A stretch of 20,000 nt of DNA, taken from the IMG/VR virus record IMGVR_UViG_3300017706_002363; one strand, 5' to 3'. Below, one piece after another: positions 1-9,168 of this stretch. The stretch is from an uncultured virus (IMG/VR IMGVR_UViG_3300017706_002363). Lineage: Duplodnaviria > Heunggongvirae > Uroviricota > Caudoviricetes. A program made the translations under genes and the position numbers. The notes under the pieces were generated by a model. That model did not search any database, was not told the origin of the DNA, and worked only from the letters and a program-made list of their open reading frames with translations. The first letter of the stretch is position 1. Each line of letters begins with the position of its first letter.

Positions 1-1
1 T

Positions 2-2410
2 TTAGGTGATACTATATGGTACATGGACAATCCAGGATTTGGAAATACATTATATTCAGGAGTACAATTTGGAGTACCATGCTTATCAGTTCCTCCAGTA
101 TATGGCTGTACAGATGATGATTATCAAGAATATGATATATTAGCTACAGTAGATGATAGCTCTTGTGTGAATTTACATATTTACGGCTGTACAGATTCTT
201 CTGCATTTAATTATGACCCATTGGCAACAATCAACGATATAGTTCCTGATTGTCAATATCAATTACTAATTGAAGATGCTGGTGGTGATGGTTGGGGAAA
301 TTCTTATTTAGGAGTTTACCAAAATGGAATTAACTTTGGAACATTTACAATGGGACCAGGTAGTTATCAAGACTCTTTCTTATTAATATTAGATGCTGGA
401 ATTCCTGTTAACATATACTACTTTGAAGTTGGCGGACCTCAGCAGCCACCAGAAGAAGTACAATTTCAAACTTGGCATAATTCATTTAAGCTAACAAACG
501 CTAACGGTGTTGTATTAATGCATGAAGGTACAAATCCTTTTGCTAATAACGGACAAGGTGCTTTACAATCATTCCAATCACCATTTTGGACAGTATATTC
601 AGCTGAACCTTTTTGTGGTGATTATTGTATTCCTACAATATATGGCTGTATGGATTCTTTATCGTTTAACTACGACCCATTAGCCAATACAGACGATGGT
701 TCGTGTATTCCTTATACTCCAGGCTGTATGAATGTATTTGCAATAAATTATAATCCTTTAGCTAATGTAGATGATGGTAGCTGTATTCCTTTTATTAATG
801 GATGTACAGATTCAACAGCAGACAACTATAATTCATTTGCTAACTTTGATGATGGTTCATGTTATTATATTGGCTGTATGGACATAGCTGCATGTAATTA
901 CGACTCAACAGCTACTGTAGATAACGGATGTCAATATCCTCCGCAATATTATGACTGTAATAACATATGTTTATCAGATATTGATGGTGATGGTATTTGT
1001 GATGAACTAGAAATACCTGGCTGTACAAATCCAATAGCTCTTAATTTTGATATAACAGCAACAGATGATGACAGTACTTGTATATTACCAATTTATGGAT
1101 GTACTGACCCAACAGCTTTTAATTATGATGCACTAGCAAACACTGACAACGGCTCTTGTGTTCCTATAATATATGGTTGTACAGACGCTATGTCATTTAA
1201 TTATAATCCGCTAGCTAATACAGAAAATGGTTCATGTATCCCATTTGTTTATGGCTGTATGGATTCAACACAATTCAATTACAATCCACTGGCAAATGCA
1301 GATAATGGAAGTTGTGTACCAGTTATATATGGATGTATAGATTCTACTGCATTAAATTATAATCCACTTGCAAATACAGATGATTTATCTTGTATAGCTT
1401 ATTTATATGGCTGTACAAATCCAATAGCATTAAATTACAATGCATTGGCAAATACTGATGATGGTTCATGTATATTACCTATTCCTGGATGTATGGATGC
1501 CACGGCATTTAATTACGACCCGATGGCCAATGTTGATGATGGAAGTTGCGTACCAGTTATACTTGGTTGTACAGATCCGACTCAATTTAATTATAATTCT
1601 TTAGCTAATACTGATGATGGTTCTTGTATTCCTTATATATACGGTTGTACAGATGCTACTGCTTATAATTATGATGCCAATGCAAATACAGATAATGGAA
1701 GTTGTGAACCATTTATTTATGGATGTACTGATTCTACTCAATTTAATTACGACCCTACAGCAAACACAGATAACGGAAGCTGCACTCCATTTGTATACGG
1801 TTGTACAGATAATTTGGCATTAAACTTTAATCCTTTGGCAAACGCACTAGATAATTCATGTTGTTATATTGGAGGTTGTACAGACATTGCATCTGTAAAT
1901 TATAATCCAAATGCATGCTTTGATGATGGTTCTTGTATAACAGCAGTACCAGGTTGTACAGATGTTGGTGCATACAATTACAATCCAGCTGCAAACGTAT
2001 CTGATTCAACAGCTTGTTTATATGATGCAGGATGCTATGGAGGACCTGGAGTTCCTTATTGGTTAAATGATGGATGCTTTGCATGGGTAATCGATGTTGA
2101 CAATTACTGCTGTACAAATGAATGGGATGCTACATGTCAATCAATGTACGACTACTGCCAATTAGGTTGGCCAACTTCAGTAGATGATATAGCTTCTATG
2201 GGAATAATGGTTTATCCTAATCCTACAGGAGATATGTTAAACATAGATACCAGATTAGATATTGAGATTGAAATATATGATATTATGGGCAAGCTAATGA
2301 CAAAAGAAAGCTCAAAAAGAATAGATTTATCAAATTATCCTAATGGTACATATAACTTGATACTTATATATAATAACAAAAGATTTACTACAAGGGTGAT
2401 AAAACAATGA
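2..2410 (+). CDS. T9SS type A C-terminal-domain protein with Cys/Asp-rich GCTD repeats; probably 5'-truncated by the window edge
   Basis: The frame is open from nt 2 (LGDTIWYM...; first ATG at 23). It has 19 GC(T/M)D..A.NY...A..DDGSC repeats and a DIDGDGICD Ca-binding-like loop. The C-terminus VYPNPTGDMLNI...EIYDIMGK...IDLSNYPNGTYNL...TTRVIKQ matches the Por secretion system CTD (TIGR04183-type). Confidence 0.85.
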   Translation, partial: LGDTIWYMDNPGFGNTLYSGVQFGVPCLSVPPVYGCTDDDYQEYDILATVDDSSCVNLHIYGCTDSSAFNYDPLATINDIVPDCQYQLLIEDAGGDGWGNSYLGVYQNGINFGTFTMGPGSYQDSFLLILDAGIPVNIYYFEVGGPQQPPEEVQFQTWHNSFKLTNANGVVLMHEGTNPFANNGQGALQSFQSPFWTVYSAEPFCGDYCIPTIYGCMDSLSFNYDPLANTDDGSCIPYTPGCMNVFAINYNPLANVDDGSCIPFINGCTDSTADNYNSFANFDDGSCYYIGCMDIAACNYDSTATVDNGCQYPPQYYDCNNICLSDIDGDGICDELEIPGCTNPIALNFDITATDDDSTCILPIYGCTDPTAFNYDALANTDNGSCVPIIYGCTDAMSFNYNPLANTENGSCIPFVYGCMDSTQFNYNPLANADNGSCVPVIYGCIDSTALNYNPLANTDDLSCIAYLYGCTNPIALNYNALANTDDGSCILPIPGCMDATAFNYDPMANVDDGSCVPVILGCTDPTQFNYNSLANTDDGSCIPYIYGCTDATAYNYDANANTDNGSCEPFIYGCTDSTQFNYDPTANTDNGSCTPFVYGCTDNLALNFNPLANALDNSCCYIGGCTDIASVNYNPNACFDDGSCITAVPGCTDVGAYNYNPAANVSDSTACLYDAGCYGGPGVPYWLNDGCFAWVIDVDNYCCTNEWDATCQSMYDYCQLGWPTSVDDIASMGIMVYPNPTGDMLNIDTRLDIEIEIYDIMGKLMTKESSKRIDLSNYPNGTYNLILIYNNKRFTTRVIKQ
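101..2017 (+). repeat. Coding tandem repeat, about 78 bp / 26 aa period, 19 copies (2, then 17 after a spacer domain)
   Basis: Counted by eye in the translation, e.g. YGCTDPTAFNYDALANTDNGSC. The DNA copies are diverged at synonymous positions. Confidence 0.9.
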
Positions 2411-3465
2411 AAAAAATAATAATATTAGCCGCGGTTTTATTAGCGTCATGTGCAGCACCAAAAAAATGCTGTTCTCAGGTAAAAGATTTATTTAAGTTTT
2501 CTACATTTTATGGAGCTGTCAATGGTAATACATCGATATCAGACTTAGATATATACAGCGTTACAGATGGCTTAGAAACAGTTACAGTAGAAACACCATT
2601 TGACTATTCAGTACTTTTTGGTACTAGAAAGATTAGAAGATTTGGATATGAACCAAAAGAGGCATTTAAAAATGGTACAGAAAATTCATTTTCAGATGCA
2701 GCAACAATTGGTTTGTGGGAAAATAAATTAGAATTTCTATTTCAAGCAGAATTTAAAAGACAAGAAGGTGAAGCATATTTTGACCAACGTCACATGCTTA
2801 GATATGTAGATGAAAAATGGTTAGCAAAAGTAGAATATATTGAAGACGGCTTTGCAGATGTAAAGTTTTTTGAATCATCACAAAGATATAGAAAAGAAAT
2901 GGAAAATGGTATATCATTTAATGTTGGTATATCACAAAGAATATCAGAAGCCTATGGATATAATCCTCTTGACGAATGGTTATTATCAAATGGTAATTTA
3001 CACTACACTTATTTAGCATTAGAAGAAGGGTATACAACTCAATTTGATGGACAGGGTGGAGTTGAATATTTCGACCCATCAGGTAATTCTGTAGCAACAA
3101 GCACTGAAGTTTGGGAAGCAGTTGTAATACCAGAAATGCTAGCAAATTATACTGAAAAGAAAAGAGACGAACTACCTGTACAGTGGACACATTCATGGGT
3201 AGCAGGATTCGATTATTACAAATATTCAAAAACAAGCTGGTTACACGCATGGGGTAATATCATGCCATTACATTTTAGTGATGAAGATAATCAGTATAGT
3301 TATTATAATTTTAATAAAGGACAGTGGACAGATTATTCAGGTGGTATTATTTACGGACACTGGTTTAATAAAAATCTAGGATTATTTGTAGAAGGTACAT
3401 ATAATAAATATTGGAACAGAACATGGCACGGATTTAGTGCTGGTATAAATTACAGAGTATTTTAA
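2407..3465 (+). CDS. Putative outer-membrane beta-barrel-like protein with lipoprotein-type signal peptide
   Basis: N-terminus MKKIIILAAVLLASC (lipobox LASC), aromatic-rich alternating strands, C-terminus ...HGFSAGINYRVF ending in Phe (BAM beta-signal-like). ATGA overlap with the upstream gene. Confidence 0.6.
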   Translation: MKKIIILAAVLLASCAAPKKCCSQVKDLFKFSTFYGAVNGNTSISDLDIYSVTDGLETVTVETPFDYSVLFGTRKIRRFGYEPKEAFKNGTENSFSDAATIGLWENKLEFLFQAEFKRQEGEAYFDQRHMLRYVDEKWLAKVEYIEDGFADVKFFESSQRYRKEMENGISFNVGISQRISEAYGYNPLDEWLLSNGNLHYTYLALEEGYTTQFDGQGGVEYFDPSGNSVATSTEVWEAVVIPEMLANYTEKKRDELPVQWTHSWVAGFDYYKYSKTSWLHAWGNIMPLHFSDEDNQYSYYNFNKGQWTDYSGGIIYGHWFNKNLGLFVEGTYNKYWNRTWHGFSAGINYRVF

Positions 3466-3476
3466 GGGAAAAGAAA

Positions 3477-3761
3477 ATGGCAAAAGAATTGAGTGAAAAT
3501 ACAAGCTTTAATGTTAGCATACAAACACTAATAGGAATAGGATTTGCAATAACAACTGTTGTTGGTATGTGGTTTGCATTACAAGCAGATATACAAGAAG
3601 CCAAAGAATTGCCAGTTCCTCCACCTGCAGAAATTACTCGTATGGAATTTGATATGAAAGACCAGTTGGTTCGTCAAACAATTATGAGCACTCAAGAAGA
3701 TGTACAAGAAATAAAAGCTACTCTTGAAAAATTAGAAGATAAAATAGATAGGTTAAGATAA
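3477..3761 (+). CDS. Single-TM protein with C-terminal coiled coil
   Basis: TM segment IQTLIGIGFAITTVVGMWFAL, a PVPPP linker, and heptad-like VQEIKATLEKLEDKIDRL. Confidence 0.7.
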   Translation: MAKELSENTSFNVSIQTLIGIGFAITTVVGMWFALQADIQEAKELPVPPPAEITRMEFDMKDQLVRQTIMSTQEDVQEIKATLEKLEDKIDRLR

Positions 3762-3767
3762 AAAGAT

Positions 3768-4109
3768 ATGAAACTATTAAACACTAATATATGTTTAACA
3801 TCACGCAGATCTTTACTGGTTATAGCAATATTACTAATAAGCACATTGGTAATAGCAGGCGTAATTACAGAAAAGAAAGTTATAATAAAAGATAATAATA
3901 AAGAAGTTTGGATACCATCAGCTGAAGATATTGCTTATCAAGACAGCATGTTTTCTATAGTAGAACAAACACAATCAGATATAGACACAATAAAGGTAGC
4001 AATTGATGATATACTTTGGAAGCTAGAAAAATTAGACTATTCTGATGGAACTTATGATAGCATAAGATATGTGAAAGGTGGCAAACTGGACAAAAAGAGG
4101 AATAAATAA
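3768..4109 (+). CDS. Membrane-anchored or secreted hypothetical protein with short coiled coil
   Basis: Hydrophobic LLVIAILLISTLVIAGVI and helical QTQSDIDTIKVAIDDILWKLEKL. TAATG coupling to the next gene. Confidence 0.65.
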   Translation: MKLLNTNICLTSRRSLLVIAILLISTLVIAGVITEKKVIIKDNNKEVWIPSAEDIAYQDSMFSIVEQTQSDIDTIKVAIDDILWKLEKLDYSDGTYDSIRYVKGGKLDKKRNK

Positions 4110-4489
4110 TGAAAAAAGATTATACATGGATAAAAATGTTTATAGGTTATTTATTAGTACTTTTATTACTTTTTATCTCGAGTCCTGCTAACGGACAGTC
4201 TCCTTGCGGTGGAGACAATTTATGTGTAGTACAATTTAATGCAGGATTTAATGAAGCAAACAAAGTTGCTTGGGTAGAAAAGCTTGGAGATTGTGACACT
4301 AAATTTATAGACATACAAACAGATGCAACAGCTGCTGGTAAATATAAAATAGTTGTTGTACCTACAATTTTAATATTTAATGGTGAAGAAGAGGTTGCTA
4401 GGTTTCAGGCAAACATTATGATGAAAATGGAATCAACGCAAAAAGATATACAAGGAAAAGTAGACGAATTAATTATGGAGTTGTTTTAA
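4109..4489 (+). CDS. Secreted thioredoxin-fold protein lacking CxxC
   Basis: Signal peptide ending ...SSPANG. VVQFNAGFN sits where F.A.WC..C is expected, and KYKIVVVPTILIFNGEEEVARFQ matches the thioredoxin cis-Pro region. Confidence 0.65.
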   Translation: MKKDYTWIKMFIGYLLVLLLLFISSPANGQSPCGGDNLCVVQFNAGFNEANKVAWVEKLGDCDTKFIDIQTDATAAGKYKIVVVPTILIFNGEEEVARFQANIMMKMESTQKDIQGKVDELIMELF

Positions 4490-4722
4490 TGTGGAAAATA
4501 TTTAAAGATAAAAATAATTATAATGAAAAAAACATCGTTGGTTTTGTATCATTTACAGTAATGGTATTATTTGCTGTAGCAGATCTTGTAACAGGTATAT
4601 GGTTTATGGGATATGTTGGTGATGGCAAATTGGAGATTAACGATACTATATTTAACTCATTTGTTATGGTGACATTAGGATGTTTTGGTATTAGTGCATT
4701 TGAAAAAGTAAAGGGAAAGTAA
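4489..4722 (+). CDS. Holin-like 2-TM protein
   Basis: 77 aa with two hydrophobic helices and a basic C-terminus, translationally coupled to the endolysin gene. Confidence 0.55.
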   Translation: MWKIFKDKNNYNEKNIVGFVSFTVMVLFAVADLVTGIWFMGYVGDGKLEINDTIFNSFVMVTLGCFGISAFEKVKGK

Positions 4723-5192
4723 TGGAAAAATTTAGCGAACACGTAAGCTACAAAGAAGGCGTAAAAAGTAACACAGCAGATAGGTTAGGCTTAGACAATA
4801 CTCCTTCTGCAGACCAAAGAAAATGTATGCATGAAATTGCACGAGATGTATTTGAGCCATTAAGAGAATGGGTAGGTGGACCTATAAAAATAAACAGCTT
4901 TTTTAGAGGAGAGCCTGTTAATACGGCAATAGGCGGTTCTAAAAGGTCTCAGCATATGAAAGGTCAAGCTATGGATATAGACGACACATTTGGACATAAA
5001 ACAAATGCTGAAATGTACCATTATATAAAAGATAATTTAGATTACGACCAGTTAATATGGGAGTTTGGTGATAACAAAAATCCTAACTGGGTACATGTTA
5101 GTTATGTAACGCACAGGCCTAACAGAAAAATACTTACAGTTGCTTTTAAGAAAAACGGTAGAACTGCATACGAACACAAGGCACATGCATAA
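4722..5192 (+). CDS. Peptidase M15A (Peptidase_M15_3) Zn peptidase, putative endolysin
   Basis: PIKINSFFR..VN.AIGG, SQHMKGQAMD (SxHxxGxAxD) and WVHVSY motifs. Confidence 0.9.
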   Translation: MEKFSEHVSYKEGVKSNTADRLGLDNTPSADQRKCMHEIARDVFEPLREWVGGPIKINSFFRGEPVNTAIGGSKRSQHMKGQAMDIDDTFGHKTNAEMYHYIKDNLDYDQLIWEFGDNKNPNWVHVSYVTHRPNRKILTVAFKKNGRTAYEHKAHA

Positions 5193-5830
5193 TGATTAAA
5201 TTAAGTAAAATATTAAATGAAGGAAAGGACGAGATAATCTTTGGAAAACCTTCAGAAAAACACGTAAAAAAGATGAATAGATCGTTTGGTGTTTTTGAAG
5301 GATTTAATATGACAAACTTATATAATATACCACCATCACCTAATTCTTCATCAGAAACTTTAGAAGAATTATTTGAACTTGATAAAATAAAACCTAATCC
5401 TGATTTTGTTAGAAAAGCAGATAATATAGCTGAATATTTTATAGAACGAACATCAGATTTAGATATTAAAAAAGATTTAAAAACATTTATAGAATCTGTA
5501 ATATATGATTCAGGTCCTATAATATTAAGATTAAAATATCATTACAATAGACCTAGACCTATACAAGTTGCTAAGATGCAAGGATTAAAATTCCATCATC
5601 AGCCTCTTGAAAGTGCAATGTCTCCATCATATCCAAGTGGACATACAGCACAATCTTATCTACTGGCTTATATGTTAAGTGATATTTATAATAAATACAA
5701 AAACAGATTCTTTAAGATTGCAGAAGAGATATCGATTAGTAGAAATGTTGCTCGACAACACTTTATTTCTGATTCTGAATTTGGTAAGAAAATTGGACAC
5801 GAATTGTGGAGACATTATGAAACTAAATGA
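5192..5830 (+). CDS. Soluble PAP2/haloperoxidase-superfamily phosphatase with N-terminal MIKLSKILNE tag
   Basis: All three motifs are present: KYHYNRPRP (Kx6RP), PSGH and SRNVARQHFISD (SRx5Hx3D). No TM helices. Confidence 0.88.
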   Translation: MIKLSKILNEGKDEIIFGKPSEKHVKKMNRSFGVFEGFNMTNLYNIPPSPNSSSETLEELFELDKIKPNPDFVRKADNIAEYFIERTSDLDIKKDLKTFIESVIYDSGPIILRLKYHYNRPRPIQVAKMQGLKFHHQPLESAMSPSYPSGHTAQSYLLAYMLSDIYNKYKNRFFKIAEEISISRNVARQHFISDSEFGKKIGHELWRHYETK

Positions 5831-6377
5831 TATATTAAATGAAAAGAAATCTTCTCCTTATGGAGAGATTATGCAAAAGCTAGATAAAGGCTTGAAACAA
5901 GCTATTAAATCTGGTGGAGTACCTCAGCGATATGCAAAGGACTATGTAAAGTCTTTAGAAAGAATTGCAAATAAAAATTCTAAAAATTTCTTTAAAGACT
6001 ATGGAAAATTTACTGCAGATGATTTTGAAGAAGATGTAATATATAATATGCAAAATGAAGAGTACTCTGTAAAAACTGAAGACCATGACTGCTTTGCTGA
6101 ATGGTTAGTTGAAAAACAAAGCCAAATTACAGAAGCAGAATATCAAGGACGTACTGTAAAATTAAATAAGCCTATGCAGGGTGATGTTAGCAAGTTTAAA
6201 GTATATGTTAATGGACCTAAAGGAAAAGTTGTAAAAGTTAACTTTGGTGCTAAAGGTTCAGAAAATAGAATTAAAAAGAGCGACCCTGCAAGACGTAAGT
6301 CTTTTAGAGCTAGACACAATTGTGATAATCCAGGGCCAAAACATAAAGCAAGATACTGGTCTTGTAGAAAGTGGTAA
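5817..6377 (+). CDS. Tagged modular phage protein (MKLNDILNE) with basic C-terminal domain (VNFG...RRKSFRARHNC...ARYWSC)
   Basis: Start revised from 5679 to ATG 5817 (GGAG at 5808-5811, tag motif, short overlap with the PAP2 stop). The C-terminal domain is recalled as a recurrent viral hypothetical domain. Confidence 0.75.
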   Translation: MKLNDILNEKKSSPYGEIMQKLDKGLKQAIKSGGVPQRYAKDYVKSLERIANKNSKNFFKDYGKFTADDFEEDVIYNMQNEEYSVKTEDHDCFAEWLVEKQSQITEAEYQGRTVKLNKPMQGDVSKFKVYVNGPKGKVVKVNFGAKGSENRIKKSDPARRKSFRARHNCDNPGPKHKARYWSCRKW

Positions 6378-6387
6378 GGAGAATAAA

Positions 6388-7011
6388 ATGAAATTAAATG
6401 ATATATTAAATGAATCTAGAGAATTTGTAATTATCGACCCTAGAGGTAATGCAAGACCTGTAGGTTCTAAAATGCAAGGTGCTATGTATCTTAAAAAGAT
6501 GGGCGGAGCTAAAAGAGGCTATCACATGGTGTTGAAGAAAAATGCTTTGAAGGCTAGAAGAGCTATTGAAAAAAACGGTGGTAATTCTACAAACTCTAAA
6601 ATACAAAATATTATGTTTGACTTAATGTACGAAGGTAAAGTTAATGAAGCTAAACTAAAAATATCTGGACCTGCTTACGATTTTTGGGATGAGAGAGAAG
6701 TCCAAAGAAAATTAAGAGATGTTAAGATAAAGATAGTTGGAGATATTGGTGGTGTTCTGACAATTAAAGGTAACGATAAAGAACTACAAAAAGTTAAAGA
6801 CATATTAGGTTTAAAAGGTGCAAAAGAATCAGTTAATGAGGCATACGTAGAGTCAATGGACTATCCAGTACTTAAAAAGGCATTGGACACTATCGTTGAT
6901 AAATGGAGCGATTGGAAAAAAGGTCCTATGACAGAACCAAGTGATATAAAACCTGCTCAAAAAGAATTAATGAATTTTGTTAGTTCATATCTTAAGAAAA
7001 ATATTAAGTAA
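6388..7011 (+). CDS. Tagged modular hypothetical protein (MKLNDILNE)
   Basis: Start revised from 6244 to ATG 6388, after TAAGGAG. Internal linkers EGKVNEA and KESVNEA. Confidence 0.75.
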   Translation: MKLNDILNESREFVIIDPRGNARPVGSKMQGAMYLKKMGGAKRGYHMVLKKNALKARRAIEKNGGNSTNSKIQNIMFDLMYEGKVNEAKLKISGPAYDFWDEREVQRKLRDVKIKIVGDIGGVLTIKGNDKELQKVKDILGLKGAKESVNEAYVESMDYPVLKKALDTIVDKWSDWKKGPMTEPSDIKPAQKELMNFVSSYLKKNIK

Positions 7012-7400
7012 TGGAAAAATATATATACAGAGCAAAGTTGGAGAGAGTTGTAGATGGTGACACTATTGATGCTCTTATTGATGTTGGTTTTGACATTTGG
7101 ATTAAGAAAAGGATTCGCTATATGGGTATCGACACTTGGGAATCTCGTACAAGAGATTTGGAAGAAAAGAAAAAAGGTCTTGCTGCTAAAGAAAGAAATA
7201 AAGAATTACTTGAAAAAGTTAGCAAAGACTCAGGATACTTTAGATTAAAATCTCATGGTGTAGGCAAATACGGAAGAGTGCTGGGAGAGATATTTATACA
7301 AGATACTGATGGTAATTCAATAAACATTAACGAGCAGTTAAAGTTAGAAGGCCATGCATATGAATATCACGGCGGTAAAAAACAAATATTTAAGGGATAA
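7011..7400 (+). CDS. Thermonuclease (SNase-like) family nuclease
   Basis: RVVDGDTID, RIRYMGIDTWE and GKYGRVLG motifs. Confidence 0.9.
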   Translation: MEKYIYRAKLERVVDGDTIDALIDVGFDIWIKKRIRYMGIDTWESRTRDLEEKKKGLAAKERNKELLEKVSKDSGYFRLKSHGVGKYGRVLGEIFIQDTDGNSININEQLKLEGHAYEYHGGKKQIFKG

Positions 7401-7402
7401 TT

Positions 7403-7819
7403 ATGAAATTAACAGATATAATCGATGAAATGCAAGCAGTAAATAAAAAGACTGGTAAAGATATTACAAAGCATTTGATAGCATATTTAGAAAAGAAAAT
7501 ATCTAAAGAAGAATTTGAAAAGCTAACAGGGCTTAAGAAAGATAAAATTAAAGTATCAGAAGCTACAAATGTTTGGAAAATTTTTGATATGAAGCAGAGA
7601 TTGTATGGCGACATAATGGATATTGAAATGGATATGAAAACCATTACCAAAGACTTAGGACAGCTTCATAAAGATATGGAACAAGAGGCTGAACCAAGTG
7701 GTGGTAAAGTTGCTGATAAATATGGAAAGCAGATAGACAAGCTTGAAAAAGAATATAAAAAGAAAAAGGCAGAGTTTAAAAAACTTATGGCTAAATTAGA
7801 TAAACTGGAGCAATACTAA
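7403..7819 (+). CDS. Tagged helical/coiled-coil hypothetical protein (MKLTDIIDE)
   Basis: Tag variant, internal VSEA linker, and a DMEQEAEPSGGKVADKYG helical hairpin followed by a coiled coil. Confidence 0.75.
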   Translation: MKLTDIIDEMQAVNKKTGKDITKHLIAYLEKKISKEEFEKLTGLKKDKIKVSEATNVWKIFDMKQRLYGDIMDIEMDMKTITKDLGQLHKDMEQEAEPSGGKVADKYGKQIDKLEKEYKKKKAEFKKLMAKLDKLEQY

Positions 7820-7992
7820 TGATTAATTGGATAAACGGATTTAAAGCAGGGAATAAAAAACAGAAATATAGTTTAACTTTTAGACTAGGTACGTTTACAG
7901 TACTTGAAATTAAAGCATGTTTACTTTGCGAAGCAAACTGCACATCTAAAAAATTTAGACTTATGGTGCTTAATTTAGGATTCGAAATATAA
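7819..7992 (+). CDS. 57-aa beta-rich hypothetical protein (not in ORF track)
   Basis: MINWINGFKAGNKKQKYSLTFRLGTFTVLEIKACLLCEANCTSKKFRLMVLNLGFEI. TAATG overlap with the upstream stop, and GGAG upstream. Confidence 0.65.
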   Translation: MINWINGFKAGNKKQKYSLTFRLGTFTVLEIKACLLCEANCTSKKFRLMVLNLGFEI

Positions 7993-8093
7993 CAAAATTG
8001 GTTAAAAAACCTTAATAATATATAGGAATAATATATAAAAGGTTTATAAGACACGGCGAAATCCATGTCTAACAAAGTAAAAGAAGTAACGAT

Positions 8094-8816
8094 ATGGCAA
8101 AATTAAATAAGAAAGATGTTGCATATACATTAGCAATAAACTATTCAGGTAATACAAAACCTAAAATTACTAAGTTCAATAAAAAGAACATGGTAGTATA
8201 CTATGGATATAAAGTAAATCCAGATGATGTAATTAAATCTTTAAAGCAGTTGGAGCCTTCGTTAAAAATTAAGCACAAGGCTTGGAATTCTATCTCATCA
8301 GGAGGTGGAACTCATACATTTTTATTTGAAGCAGCAACACCTGAGGATGACCCAGAATACTTTAAAGGATTAAGTAAAGACGATAAAGAAGAAAGAGAAA
8401 AAGTTATCGCAAAGAGAAGTAAGATGGATGACGATGACCCTGATGCATATAAAGATTTTAAAAGTGATAAAGGAGTAAAAACCAAAGTGTCAAAACATAC
8501 AAATAAATTCAAGCAAATGTATGGTGAATCCGGCTGGAAAACAATAAAAGAAGTATACAAAATGTCTAAAGGTCTTAATGAAATGAGTGCTGCTGTAAAA
8601 AAAGGCCTCAGAACTAAAGCAGAGAAATCTGGTATGCCTTTTGGAATATTAAAGCAAGTATTCAATAGAGGTATGGCTGCATGGAAAACAGGCCACAGAC
8701 CAGGTGCATCACAACAGCAGTGGGGATATGCACGAGTAAATTCATTTACAACGAAAAGTCCTGGTACTTGGGGTAAGGCAGATAAAGACTTGGCTAAAAA
8801 AGTAAGAGGCAAATAA
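8094..8816 (+). CDS. Modular viral protein with DUF5824-like C-terminal domain
   Basis: KAEKSGMPFGILKQVFNRGMAAWKTGHRPGASQQQWGYARVNSF is recalled as the DUF5824-type motif of large DNA viruses. Family name is from memory. Confidence 0.7.
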   Translation: MAKLNKKDVAYTLAINYSGNTKPKITKFNKKNMVVYYGYKVNPDDVIKSLKQLEPSLKIKHKAWNSISSGGGTHTFLFEAATPEDDPEYFKGLSKDDKEEREKVIAKRSKMDDDDPDAYKDFKSDKGVKTKVSKHTNKFKQMYGESGWKTIKEVYKMSKGLNEMSAAVKKGLRTKAEKSGMPFGILKQVFNRGMAAWKTGHRPGASQQQWGYARVNSFTTKSPGTWGKADKDLAKKVRGK

Positions 8817-8817
8817 A

Positions 8818-9156
8818 ATGGTAAAATTAAAGGACATATTAAGAGAAGGTATTGAATTTCAAGCTATCTTAGTAAAAGATGCGACAGTAAAATATAATAC
8901 TCGTCCAGCTGGCGGTATTCCTGGTGTAGGAACACAAATGGCTGGTAAAAGCCATGCAAAAGTTCCTAAAGGTACATTCTTAATCGGATTGCCAGGTGGT
9001 TTATTCGCAGTTAATCTTAAAAACAAATTTGCTTTTCAGTTAACAAGTGGTAGAGACAAATGGTTAGATGCTCAAGACAAGTTAAAAAATAGTGATTTAG
9101 GTGGAACAAATATGGCTCCTGATTATAATCAGTGGCGAAAATACTTAAAAAAGTAA
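8818..9156 (+). CDS. Tagged hypothetical protein (MVKLKDILRE)
   Basis: Tag motif; fills the gene space 1 nt after the upstream stop. Confidence 0.75.
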   Translation: MVKLKDILREGIEFQAILVKDATVKYNTRPAGGIPGVGTQMAGKSHAKVPKGTFLIGLPGGLFAVNLKNKFAFQLTSGRDKWLDAQDKLKNSDLGGTNMAPDYNQWRKYLKK

Positions 9157-9168
9157 AAGGGAAAAATA

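Noticed and set aside
641..2017. 78-bp periodicity as a CRISPR array or DGR target
   Set aside because: The repeats are in-frame coding units diverged at synonymous sites. There is no repeat-spacer alternation and no cas or reverse transcriptase gene in the window.
5679..6387. Long starts at 5679 and 6244 (also 18846, 19507, 19680) and nested + ORFs at 1614 and 7054
   Set aside because: They overlap real genes extensively. Downstream ATGs have an RBS, a tag or translational coupling.
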